A stretch of DNA of 41,564 bases from NCBI GenBank assembly GCA_036258055.1, contig DATAEK010000013.1, positions 1 through 41,564 on the forward strand. Direction: 5' to 3'. The stretch's first letter is position 1; every line of letters begins with the position of its first letter. The notes below the pieces were generated by a model. The model was not told the DNA's origin. It saw only the letters and a program-made list of their open reading frames with translations, and searched no databases. Both the position numbers and the translations under genes were made by a program. Source of the DNA: Vicinamibacterales bacterium. Its GTDB lineage: Bacteria; Acidobacteriota; Vicinamibacteria; Vicinamibacterales; 2-12-FULL-66-21. Below, one piece after another: positions 17,247 to 26,039 of the stretch.

Positions 17247-19461
17247 GCGCGGCCTCTGAGAGTGCCATCAGCGTTTCGGGTGTCAGCGGCAGCGTCGTTG
17301 GATTGAGTCCGGTGGCGTGCGCGACGGCGTTGAAGATCGCCGGCGCCGCGCCATCCATCGGCAGCTCGCCGATACCTTTCGCACCCGCAGGTCCGTACGG
17401 GTACGGCCGCTCCTCGAACGCCACACGAATCGGCGGGAGATCCATCGACGTGGGCATGATGTAGTTCGTCATCTGGCCGTTGATCATCCGCCCTTCGCGC
17501 CAGACGACCTGCTCGTACAGGGCCCAGCCGATCCCCTGCGCGACGCCCCCTTCGATCTGACCGATCGCCAGCACGGGGTTGATCACTTTGCCGACTTCCT
17601 GGACTGCGACGAAGTCATCCACCCGCGTCTCGAACGTGATCGCGTCGACGGTGACCTCCGCGACATACACCGCCCAGGCGTAGGTGCCGTAGGCATCTCC
17701 CTGGTACTTCTGATCGTCCCATCGACGCCCGGGCGGCGGCTGATAGCGAGCGGTCGCCTTGAGCGGCCCGACAGTCGCGATGTAGTCGCGGCACGCAGAC
17801 TGAAACTCGTCGCTCGAGTAGGCAGCACCGATGAGTCCCGCGTCGACGAGCGTGCGGCGGAGCCCGATCGCTGCTGTCTCGACGAGCTTGCCGACGACCA
17901 TGCAGGTCCGCGATGCGACTGTCGGTCCGCTGTTGGGCACGAGCGACGTATCGGGCTGGACGACGTCGATGGCGTCATGAGGGAGGGCGAGAGCGTCCCC
18001 GGCAATCTGCGCGAAGATGGTGTTGGTCCCCTGACCGATCTCCGTCGCCGAGGTCAGGACCCTGATGCGGCCGTCAGGCACCGCTTCCACCGCCACCACC
18101 GAGGCGAGGTGATCTTCACCCGATCCGGTGAAGCCAGCGCCGTGCATGAACGCCGCAAAGCCGATCCCGCGTTTGGATCGCGACCGTCGATTAGCCTCCG
18201 AGAATTGCTTCCGTTTGGCCGAGTAGCCGGACATCTCGAGAGCACGATCGAGCAGACCGGACATGTCCACGGGTTCGTCGATGACCTGTCCAACGGCGGT
18301 GGTCTGGCCGCGTTGAATGAAGTTGCGGCGGCGAAACTCTTCGGGTGTGAGTCCGACGGTCGCCGACACGCGATCCATTTGCCGCTCGAGCGCGAAGATG
18401 CTCTGCGGAGCGCCGAAGCCTCGGAACGCGCCATGCGGCGGCGCATTGGTGGCAACGGCGCGGCCGCGGATTCTGACGTTGGGGCAAGAGTACGGTCCCG
18501 CCGCGTGAATCGTTCCTCGGGAGAGGACGACCGGTGAGAGCGTGCAGTACGCGCCGCCGTCGATCACAAAGTCGATGTCCATCGCGAGGAGGCGCCCCTC
18601 CGCATCGACGGCCGTTCGATGCCGGGTCCGCGACGGATGGCGCTTCGTCGTCGCGACCATGTCCTCCCCGCGGTCGTAAATCAGCTTCACCGGCCGGTGC
18701 GCCTTCCACGCGAGCAGCGCCGCGTGACCGGCGATCACGGACGGGTATTCTTCCTTCCCACCGAACCCGCCGCCGGTTTCCGTCTGGACGATGCGGATCT
18801 TGTCTGCCGGAATGCCGAAGAGCACCGCCAGCGCCGTGTGGATGTAGTACGGGCACTGCATCGAGCCCCACACGGTGACGCCGTCGATCGGATCACCAGT
18901 GGCGATCATTCCATTCGGCTCGATGTAGAGCTGCTCCTGCGCACCCGTTTCGTACACGCCTTCCACGATGTGCGCCGCGGAGGCCATCGCCGTATCCACG
19001 TCGCCGCGCTGGACCAGATAGCGCTTGAACACGTTGTCGGCACCCCAGATCACATCACGCGCCGCGAGCGAATCATCGATCGTGAGCACGGGTGGCTCCG
19101 GATTGACGTCAATCGTGACGTGACGGCGCGCTTCCTCGAGCAGGAAGCGATCGGGATGCGCCAGCAGCACCACGGGTTCTTCGGGGTGATTGACCCGGCC
19201 GTCAGCGAGATACGGCTGATCGCGCTCGATGAGGGCGACGCAGTTGACGCCCGGGATGTCACCCGCAGTGACAATCGTGAACTCATCCCACGGAATGCCA
19301 GGCCCGTACTTGACGTCGCGGATCACGCCGCGCGCGACGGGGCTTCGAACCGTCGTGCCATACAACATCCCGGGCACGACCAGGTCGTCCACGTAACGCG
19401 CCTGACCCGTGACCTTGGCGCGTCCTTCACGGCGGTAGACGGGGGAACCAATGGAGGGCAT
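17239..19461 (-). CDS. Xanthine dehydrogenase-family molybdopterin-binding large subunit (aldehyde oxidase/XDH a/b hammerhead + MoCo domains); not a bona fide CO dehydrogenase
   Basis: 740 aa containing the GAFRGFGAPQ motif typical of XDH-family hydroxylases. Neither the AYXCSFR (form I) nor the AYRGAGR (form II) CODH active-site loop was found. Confidence 0.85.
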   Translation of the reverse strand: MPSIGSPVYRREGRAKVTGQARYVDDLVVPGMLYGTTVRSPVARGVIRDVKYGPGIPWDEFTIVTAGDIPGVNCVALIERDQPYLADGRVNHPEEPVVLLAHPDRFLLEEARRHVTIDVNPEPPVLTIDDSLAARDVIWGADNVFKRYLVQRGDVDTAMASAAHIVEGVYETGAQEQLYIEPNGMIATGDPIDGVTVWGSMQCPYYIHTALAVLFGIPADKIRIVQTETGGGFGGKEEYPSVIAGHAALLAWKAHRPVKLIYDRGEDMVATTKRHPSRTRHRTAVDAEGRLLAMDIDFVIDGGAYCTLSPVVLSRGTIHAAGPYSCPNVRIRGRAVATNAPPHGAFRGFGAPQSIFALERQMDRVSATVGLTPEEFRRRNFIQRGQTTAVGQVIDEPVDMSGLLDRALEMSGYSAKRKQFSEANRRSRSKRGIGFAAFMHGAGFTGSGEDHLASVVAVEAVPDGRIRVLTSATEIGQGTNTIFAQIAGDALALPHDAIDVVQPDTSLVPNSGPTVASRTCMVVGKLVETAAIGLRRTLVDAGLIGAAYSSDEFQSACRDYIATVGPLKATARYQPPPGRRWDDQKYQGDAYGTYAWAVYVAEVTVDAITFETRVDDFVAVQEVGKVINPVLAIGQIEGGVAQGIGWALYEQVVWREGRMINGQMTNYIMPTSMDLPPIRVAFEERPYPYGPAGAKGIGELPMDGAAPAIFNAVAHATGLNPTTLPLTPETLMALSEAAHG

Positions 19462-19483
19462 CGAGGGGCGATTATGACATCTG

Positions 19484-19562
19484 TCCGTGCCTGAGGTGCC
19501 TGGGTGCCTAAGGAGCCAGAGTGCCTCGGTGCGAAGGTGCCAAGGGCGCGAGGGTGCGCGCG
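19484..19562. repeat. Octamer-period tandem repeat tract (GGTGCNNN)n, copy 1
   Basis: gtgcctga/ggtgcctg/ggtgccta/aggagcca/gagtgcct/cggtgcga/aggtgcca/agggcgcg/agggtgcg. A second tract with the same unit lies at 41343-41408. It sits between the coxL-like start and the MEDS gene stop. Confidence 0.7.
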
Positions 19563-19563
19563 T

Positions 19564-20235
19564 TCAGATCTTGAGGCGCGCGTGGCGCAGCTCGGTAATC
19601 TTCCATTCAACCTTGTGCGGCTGCGCTGGTCTGCGCATGGCGATCCCGGGCGCTCTATAAAACGGATTCAACCGGTGATGTCCTTCGAGCAGAACGGATG
19701 AATGCGTCGTCAGTGCATGATCGAGCTGATGCGCGGGCACACGCCGGCGATCGTACTGGCACATCCCGGCGGCAGGAACCGACCGAAAGCGCTGATTCAG
19801 AAGTGCTTCGTACTCCACCAGCTGGGTTGATCCCGGGGGTCCCTCGACCAGCCACGACATGTCGCCACACGTGCGCAGGCCCAGGAATCCGCGATTCAAG
19901 GCCGATTCCACGGACTTGTTGAGGACACCGAGCACGCGGTCGGTATCAAAGCATCCATTGACCACGTACGTGTCGGCATGCGTCCTTTCGACCAGCGCCC
20001 CGTGACTGATCATTCGCTCGACGTCGATGCCGGCCGCGGTCAGAGCAGCGCGCAATTGTTCAAGCGCTGTCGGCGAGCGAGCACAGTAGACACATCGTTC
20101 GCCGCGACGCAATCCATCCGCCAGGTACTCGCTTGCCATGGCCCGCTGCTCTTCTTCGCTTTCGTACAACGCACAAACATGTTGATGCTGCCGGAAACGA
20201 TTCGACATCCCGCCATGCTGGGCGTGCGTCTCCAT
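19564..20235 (-). CDS. MEDS-domain protein (DcmR-like putative sensor domain)
   Basis: 223 aa. The N-terminal HVCALYESEEE block and overall pattern resemble the MEDS family as recalled. No DNA-binding or kinase domain is attached. Confidence 0.4.
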   Translation of the reverse strand: METHAQHGGMSNRFRQHQHVCALYESEEEQRAMASEYLADGLRRGERCVYCARSPTALEQLRAALTAAGIDVERMISHGALVERTHADTYVVNGCFDTDRVLGVLNKSVESALNRGFLGLRTCGDMSWLVEGPPGSTQLVEYEALLNQRFRSVPAAGMCQYDRRRVPAHQLDHALTTHSSVLLEGHHRLNPFYRAPGIAMRRPAQPHKVEWKITELRHARLKI

Positions 20236-20587
20236 GATTCCGTTGCCTCCGACGACCGGAAAGGAATTGGTCGAACCTGTCTACTACGACTGATAGTAGT
20301 CGTGTTGCCGAGTCAGTGCCAGCCGAATTCGCGCCTGCCACCGGAGCATCCAGGGGTTCGAGGGCATGGCATGGCAAATGGTGTATTTCGAAACCCACGT
20401 CCGAGAAATGGGCCGACTCGGGAGCTGTTTGGGCGTGCAGCTATCAGCTCGAGCCGATGGATCGAAGACGAACGAAGTTCGAGGAGTCAATGCAGCGGAT
20501 CGGAGGAAAAGGCAAAAGACGCCGCTGGAGCGCGAACGCCCCCAGCGGGGCGACGGCTGACCGCGAGAAGAGTTGCGGTTCGCGACG

Positions 20588-21457
20588 CTATGAACCACCG
20601 CCGAACGTGTTGCAGGCGTTCACGTCGCCGCTCTCGAGGCCGCGACGGAACCAGGTGACACGCTGTTCGGAGGATCCGTGCGTGAATCGATCGGGAGCCA
20701 CGCGCCCGGAGGACATGCGCTGCAGGCGATCGTCGCCGATGGATGCCGCCGCGTTGAGGCCCTCCTCGACGTCGCCGCGCTCGAGCTCGACCTTGCCCTG
20801 CACCGCGCGGCCGGACGCGGCCGCGTAGTGACCCCAGACGCCGGCGAAGCAATCCGCTTGCAGCTCGAGACGAACTGAGAGCGCGTTCTGTTGATCGGGT
20901 CGCGCAGATTGCGCGCGACGTACCTGCTCTTCGACCCCCAGCAGTCGCTGCACGTGATGACCCAGCTCGTGCGCGAGCACGTATGCCTGAGCAAAGTCGC
21001 CTGGCGCGCCAAGCTTGCTCTTGAGCTCGTCGAAGAATCCAAGATCAAGGTAGATCCGTTGATCGCCCGGACAGTAGAACGGGCCGGTGGCCGATTGCGC
21101 GAAACCGCACGCCGACTGGATCGCGTCGCGGAAGAGCACCGCGTGCGTGTCCTGGTACCGCGATCCCAGGACCTGCCGCCACGTCGCCTGGGCGTCGGTG
21201 AGGACAGCGTCGACCATGTCGACCATCCGCTCTTCACCAGGTGTTGCCGTCACGTTGCCCGAGGTCCCGACGGATGCCGACGGCGGCATGCTGCCGCCGT
21301 CAGTGCCGAGAAGGCTGAGAAAATCCACGCCGGTCGCCCAGCTCAGGACCAGCACGACGAGGAGCGCACCGATGCCCAGGCCGCCGGCGCGCATGCCCAT
21401 CCCCGACTGTCCCCGCATGTCCTCGATGTTGCCGCGATCGCCAGGCGTCCATTTCAT
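20588..21457 (-). CDS. YpfJ-family neutral zinc metallopeptidase (membrane-anchored)
   Basis: ATG at 21457 preceded by a strong SD (GGAGGAGGAG). N-terminal MKWTPGDRGNIEDMRG, a TM helix, and an HELGHH zinc motif, with FYCP and LELQADCFAGVW blocks typical of YpfJ proteins. Confidence 0.75.
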   Translation of the reverse strand: MKWTPGDRGNIEDMRGQSGMGMRAGGLGIGALLVVLVLSWATGVDFLSLLGTDGGSMPPSASVGTSGNVTATPGEERMVDMVDAVLTDAQATWRQVLGSRYQDTHAVLFRDAIQSACGFAQSATGPFYCPGDQRIYLDLGFFDELKSKLGAPGDFAQAYVLAHELGHHVQRLLGVEEQVRRAQSARPDQQNALSVRLELQADCFAGVWGHYAAASGRAVQGKVELERGDVEEGLNAAASIGDDRLQRMSSGRVAPDRFTHGSSEQRVTWFRRGLESGDVNACNTFGGGS

Positions 21458-21689
21458 GGCTAGCTCCTCCTCCTGGACCGGGGGGACTTCGTCCCCCGGA
21501 CCCCCTTTCGGCATCGCTCGCGGGGCCCCGTCGCCCCGCTCCCGCCTCCGCTGCGCTACGGAGGCTCGCCGAAGTGCCTGCGGTGCGAAGGCGGCCGCTC
21601 CGGCGGGGCGCGCCTGTGGCGCGCCTTGCCCTCATGCGGCCCGGCCAAACGGTACACAATTCTCGTTCCGAGCCGCATGACGGGTCAAT

Positions 21690-23168
21690 CTACTCCACCC
21701 GAATGGTGCGCCATTTACCCTGATGGAATCGCGCGGCGGACAGGACGCAGCGCGTGAGGTGGCCGAGCAGGATCGCTGTCCAGACCGTCTGCGGCTGAAG
21801 CCGTCCCATTGCTTGCATCGTGAACAGGATCCCGAGCGGCACGACAATCTGCGACGCGAGGGTGATGTAGAGCGGGCTTCGAGTGTCTCCGGTTCCCTGG
21901 AGCCCACCCGTGTAGGTCAGCGCGACGGTAATGAAGAGTCCTGACAGGCTGAGGAAACGAAGCAGCTGCGTGCCCAGTGCGACGACGGTGGGATCCTTCA
22001 GGCCGAAGATCGCGAGCAGATACTCAGGGACGATCAGGAACATCGCGCCGACAGTGGCCGCGACACAGAGACCGAACCGCGCGGCGATGTGCACGCCGCG
22101 CATGGCCCGCTCGGGTTTGCCCGCGCCGAGATTCTGGCCGGCGACGGCAGCCGCCGCACCCATGAGACCGACCGACGTCCAGGTGATCAGCGAGAAGAGC
22201 TCGGTGTAGCCCACCGCGTACGCGGCTTGCGCCTCCGCGCTGTGCTCGAGCGAACCGATGAACCGCAGGAGCAGCACGCCCGCGACGTTCATCGCCACAC
22301 CCTGAATCCCCGCAGGCAGGCCGAACCGGAACAGTGACCGGATGATCGTCCAGTCGGGCCGCCAGGCCATGCCCTTCGAGAAGTGCACGACGAGACGGCC
22401 GCGGAAGATCATCCACAGCGCGACCAAGGAGACGATGGTGCTCGCCGTAACCGTGCCGATTGCCGCACCGCGCGTGCCGAACCTCGGGATCGGTCCCCAA
22501 CCCGGAATGAGGATCACGTTGAAGCACATGTTGAGGATCGTCATCCAGATCCCGAGCCGCAGCGGCGTCCGCGCATCGCCGGCCGCACGCAGTGCGCCGC
22601 CGAGCATGAAGAAGAGCAGCATCCCGAGACTGAAGACGAACATCGTTCGCAGAAACGGGAGCGCTTCGGCACGGACGGCGGGTGTGGCGTGCACGAGCTC
22701 GAGCAGCCTCGGCGCCAGTACGTAACCAAGCGGTGCGAGGATGCCGACCGCAAGTACGACCGCCGTCAGGAACGCCTGATAGACCGTGCGGTTGACCTTC
22801 TCCGGCTGGTTGGCCCCCGCGAAACGCGCGACCAGGACACCCATTCCGGTGAAGAGCGAGCTGATGAAGACGATGACGACCAGAAAGATCTGCCAGCTCA
22901 CGCCGATGGCCGCATTGGCGGTGAAGCCGACGTAGTGGCCGACCATCGCGTGATCGATGATCCCCTGCAGTCCGCCAATGGCGTTCTGAAGGACCGTGGG
23001 CCACGCGATCTTCCAGACGGCGCGTGCGATCGGTCCCTCGACGATCGATCGATCCAGACGGCGGGCCGCGGCGCCGGACGCAGCCGCCGTCGCGGCAGGC
23101 GGAATGATCGTTCCCGCGGCTGGCGATGGATCCGCAGCGGGGGATATGGCTGCCGACGACTCGCTCAT
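21690..23168 (-). CDS. MATE-family efflux transporter
   Basis: About 492 aa from the ATG at 23168 (SD AAGGA). 12 predicted TM segments and a MATE-like N-terminus (IARAVWKIAWPTVLQNAIGGLQGIIDHAMVGH). The long 5' extension of the ORF to 23687 overlaps the VOC gene and is rejected. ATGA overlap with the VOC gene stop. Confidence 0.8.
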   Translation of the reverse strand: MSESSAAISPAADPSPAAGTIIPPAATAAASGAAARRLDRSIVEGPIARAVWKIAWPTVLQNAIGGLQGIIDHAMVGHYVGFTANAAIGVSWQIFLVVIVFISSLFTGMGVLVARFAGANQPEKVNRTVYQAFLTAVVLAVGILAPLGYVLAPRLLELVHATPAVRAEALPFLRTMFVFSLGMLLFFMLGGALRAAGDARTPLRLGIWMTILNMCFNVILIPGWGPIPRFGTRGAAIGTVTASTIVSLVALWMIFRGRLVVHFSKGMAWRPDWTIIRSLFRFGLPAGIQGVAMNVAGVLLLRFIGSLEHSAEAQAAYAVGYTELFSLITWTSVGLMGAAAAVAGQNLGAGKPERAMRGVHIAARFGLCVAATVGAMFLIVPEYLLAIFGLKDPTVVALGTQLLRFLSLSGLFITVALTYTGGLQGTGDTRSPLYITLASQIVVPLGILFTMQAMGRLQPQTVWTAILLGHLTRCVLSAARFHQGKWRTIRVE

Positions 23169-24091
23169 CGCAAATCCTTGAGGATGCGCCGCACGTCGGC
23201 ATGAGCGAGGACGACAGCTGGCTGGCGCTGCAGCGCTTCGAAGTAGCGGCGCGCGAACCCGTCGCCGGTCTCCGACGCGGTGAGGAGACGCTCGACCTGT
23301 TCCACGAGCGTTTGCGCATCGGCGGATGTGGCGGGTGCGTCCTGTTCGACGGCCTGATCGATCCGGACGATCAACTCCGAGAGCGCGTGCAGCCAGGCGA
23401 ACCAGGGATCGTTGATCACCAGCTGCAGCAGGCCCGCATTCGATCCGACGCGCCCTCGGTCCATCTCGTACGCCGCGCGCGCATCGTCGAGCAGCACCTT
23501 GTGCAGGTGGAGCAGCCGGCCCCTGAGCGCCCGCAGGCGCTCGCGCTCGGTCTCGGTCATCAGCGCGTAGGCTGGGACGGCCGTTGCAGAAGCTTCGGCC
23601 GGCACTGACGACGCTGCAGCACGGAGCGCATCCAGATCGAGCCGCACCGTCCCCATGTTGAGCGAACCATTCGCACTCCGCGGCCACTCGTCACGCGGAC
23701 GGTCGACGTACAGCTCGAGGCCGTTCTGGTCCGGATCGCGCAGATAGAGCGCTTCGCTGACGCCGTGATCGCTCGCTCCGTCGAGCTGGATCCCCGCGCT
23801 GTCCAATCGCAGCAACGCGTCAGCAAGGGCCGCGCGGTTCGGATAGCGGACTGCGAAGTGGTAGAGACCTGTCGTGCCCGGTGGCGGCGGCGACCCACCC
23901 TGGCTTTCCCAGGTGTTCAGTCCGATGTGATGGTGGTAGCCGCCGGCACTGAGAAAGGCCGCCGAGTTACCCATCCGCTGCATGACCTCGAAGCCCAGCA
24001 CGCCCGAGTAGAACGCGATCGCCCGGTCGAGGTCGGCGACCTTGAGATGCACGTGGCCGATATCCACGTGCGAATCGAGCGGCTTCTGCAT
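23165..24091 (-). CDS. VOC-family (glyoxalase/bleomycin-resistance/dioxygenase fold) protein fused to a C-terminal domain of unknown function
   Basis: The N-terminal ~135 aa carry VOC motifs (HVHLKVADLDRAIAFYSGVLGFEV, HHHIGL, LYLRDPDQNGLELY). The remaining ~170 aa have no recognisable domain. Confidence 0.6.
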   Translation of the reverse strand: MQKPLDSHVDIGHVHLKVADLDRAIAFYSGVLGFEVMQRMGNSAAFLSAGGYHHHIGLNTWESQGGSPPPPGTTGLYHFAVRYPNRAALADALLRLDSAGIQLDGASDHGVSEALYLRDPDQNGLELYVDRPRDEWPRSANGSLNMGTVRLDLDALRAAASSVPAEASATAVPAYALMTETERERLRALRGRLLHLHKVLLDDARAAYEMDRGRVGSNAGLLQLVINDPWFAWLHALSELIVRIDQAVEQDAPATSADAQTLVEQVERLLTASETGDGFARRYFEALQRQPAVVLAHADVRRILKDLR

Positions 24092-24188
24092 AGGCCATCA
24101 TCGCGCACGTTGTAGGGTGGAGATCAAGCGCACCTGCCGGCCTGCGAATGGTGGCGGTTTTGCAACCGCAATCCCCCGGGAGGGAAAG

Positions 24189-24743
24189 GTGGCTGAAGTC
24201 CTCGCGCAGTTCACGGATCCGTTAGTTGGGGAGGATGGCGCGATCTATCTCGCACGCGTCTGCGGCGTGCTCGCGTCCGACGGTTTGTGGCAGGGCTGGA
24301 TCGAGTTCGAACCGGTCGATGGCGGACCAACGCTGCGCTCCGGTCGCGAGACGACGCAACCGAATAGGCAGGACGCACTCTATTGGGCCAGCGGCCTCAC
24401 GCACGTGTACCTCGAAGGAGCGCTGCGACGAGCCTTGAAGCCGCTCGTCAGGCCGATTGAACCGGAGACACCCGTACCGGCGTTCGACGGTCCCGCACCC
24501 GACATCACGCTTCCGCCTCCGGTCGAAAGCGTGCTCAATCCATTCTCGGTCTACCGCAAGGGCGAGGCAGTCCTGCGCGCTCAACTGTCTGCGCTTTCCG
24601 CCTGGCACCTCGTGAATATCCTTCGAGCCTACAACTTGACCGATGTAGACAGCGCCACTTTGAACCACCTCGAAGATCGCGTGCTCGTTGAGATGATCAT
24701 CGCGGCCGTACGGGCGGAGGAGTCGTCGCGATTGCTTCGCTGA
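24189..24743 (+). CDS. Hypothetical protein
   Basis: 184 aa from an in-frame GTG at 24189, preceded by a strong SD (GGGAGGGAAAGG). No recognisable domain. The longer ATG-initiated ORF from 24042 overlaps the VOC gene's 5' end on the other strand. Confidence 0.35.
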   Translation: MAEVLAQFTDPLVGEDGAIYLARVCGVLASDGLWQGWIEFEPVDGGPTLRSGRETTQPNRQDALYWASGLTHVYLEGALRRALKPLVRPIEPETPVPAFDGPAPDITLPPPVESVLNPFSVYRKGEAVLRAQLSALSAWHLVNILRAYNLTDVDSATLNHLEDRVLVEMIIAAVRAEESSRLLR

Positions 24744-24777
24744 GGCCGCGCCATTCAGGGCCGTTCGCGGGAAGCTC

Positions 24778-25155
24778 CTACTCGTGCGAGGACTTGAACA
24801 GCAGCCTGCGAACCTCGCTGACGATCACGCCAGGGTCGCAGGGCTTCGCGAGAAAGACGTCGCAGCCGGCGCTCGCCGCTTCGGCTCGATCGGCGGGTAG
24901 AACGCACCCGGAAACCGCGACGATGGGAATGGTGCGGAGGCTGGGATCGGCGCGAATGCGGCGGGCCACTTCCCACCCGTTCATGCCGGGCAGCTGCAGG
25001 TCCAGGACGATGATGTCGGGTGGAGAGGCGGAGGCGAGCGCGTACAGCTCCTCCGCGCTACCGGCCGTCACTGCGGCGAGTCCACAGGCGCCAAGGTACT
25101 CCGCATAGCCCTCGCGCGTATCTTCGTGGTCGTCCACGATGATGCACAACGCCAT
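24778..25155 (-). CDS. Stand-alone response regulator receiver (CheY-like) protein
   Basis: 125 aa. The acidic pocket (IIVDDHED), the phospho-acceptor Asp in IIVLDLQLPGMNG, and a conserved C-terminal Lys (FLAKP) are all present. No output domain. Confidence 0.8.
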   Translation of the reverse strand: MALCIIVDDHEDTREGYAEYLGACGLAAVTAGSAEELYALASASPPDIIVLDLQLPGMNGWEVARRIRADPSLRTIPIVAVSGCVLPADRAEAASAGCDVFLAKPCDPGVIVSEVRRLLFKSSHE

Positions 25156-25465
25156 AGGTTAGCTCCGCAGAAACCCCAACCTTGTGCCCGTTATTCCCGC
25201 GCGTCCTCCCTTTTAGACACGCGATCGCGGGTTTTAGTTACTTGCCGGTGAACATGGTATCGGCGCAAAGCGTCGCTGGCGCGATGGATCGCGCCCGTCG
25301 CGCCGGGAGTGCAGGCCTGAAGCGAGTCCAGGCCTGTCGGCCTGTGCCGGATACGATCACCAGGAGCAGCGGGAAGGCGGTCGCCGCGGCACCTGCCGCG
25401 GCGTCTCCTCCAGCCAACCAAATCGTGCGGTGACCGCTGAACGGGCTGGGCGCCCGTGACGTGAA

Positions 25466-25813
25466 CTACGACGCCGTCGCCAACTTGACCTTCGCGCGCT
25501 CGGTTTCGAGGCGCCCGCGGAAGATCGCCCCTTCAGCCATGCCGACACGCGGCGCGGACATTTCTCCTTCGACCTCGGCGTTGTTGCGCAGCTCGATGCG
25601 CTCCTCCGCCACCAGGCTGCCCTTGAGGGTCCCGGACACGACGATGGCGCGCGCGACGATGTCCGCTGCGAGCTCCGCGCATCCCTCGACGATGACCAGG
25701 TGACCTTCGACATTGATCGTGCCCTCGATGTGGCCGGCGATGACCACGTCTTCCTTCGCGCTGAACTCGCCTTTGATCCGAATCGACGCCCCGAGCTGAG
25801 CCTTCTGTTCCAT
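25466..25813 (-). CDS. Bactofilin (DUF583 beta-helical cytoskeletal protein)
   Basis: ATG at 25813 preceded by SD GGGGAGG. About 115 aa of repetitive beta-helix pattern (IKGEFSAKEDVVIAGHIEGTINVEGHLVIVEGCAELAADIVARAIVVSGTLKGSL). The N-terminal extension in the ORF track is rejected. Confidence 0.7.
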   Translation of the reverse strand: MEQKAQLGASIRIKGEFSAKEDVVIAGHIEGTINVEGHLVIVEGCAELAADIVARAIVVSGTLKGSLVAEERIELRNNAEVEGEMSAPRVGMAEGAIFRGRLETERAKVKLATAS

Positions 25814-26039
25814 GCTGTGGCCTCCCCGACGACAGACAGATGCGCAGCGCATCTCGCAAGTCCCATTCCCGATGACGAAGCTGACAAGTTCACTCCGGAA
25901 ATTGCGCGACTTCACCCGGCTCCAGGAATCGGCGGTAAAAGGCGTGCAACTCCGCCCTGACGATTTCGTGGCTGGATCTCACGTCTGTAATCAACCTCGT
26001 CGCGGCGATATACTCTCGCCGTTCCGGAAGGATTTGGTC

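Noticed and set aside
17239-19461. Aerobic CO dehydrogenase (coxLSM)
   Set aside because: The large subunit lacks the CODH-specific active-site loop, so it is called a generic xanthine-dehydrogenase-family enzyme instead.
19484-19562. Possible CRISPR array (short regular repeats)
   Set aside because: The repeat period is only 8 nt with no spacer-sized unique segments. The same applies to 41343-41408. These are tandem microrepeats, not CRISPR.
20236-20587. Small ORFs (for example 20366-20560) in the 350-bp intergenic region upstream of the MEDS gene
   Set aside because: No SD, no conserved-looking composition, and overlapping alternative frames. The region is treated as non-coding.
25156-25465. 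310-bp gap between the response regulator and bactofilin genes with candidate small ORFs (25182-25433 + / 25191-25421 -)
   Set aside because: The two candidates overlap on opposite strands, neither has an SD, and the translations are low-complexity. No call is made.
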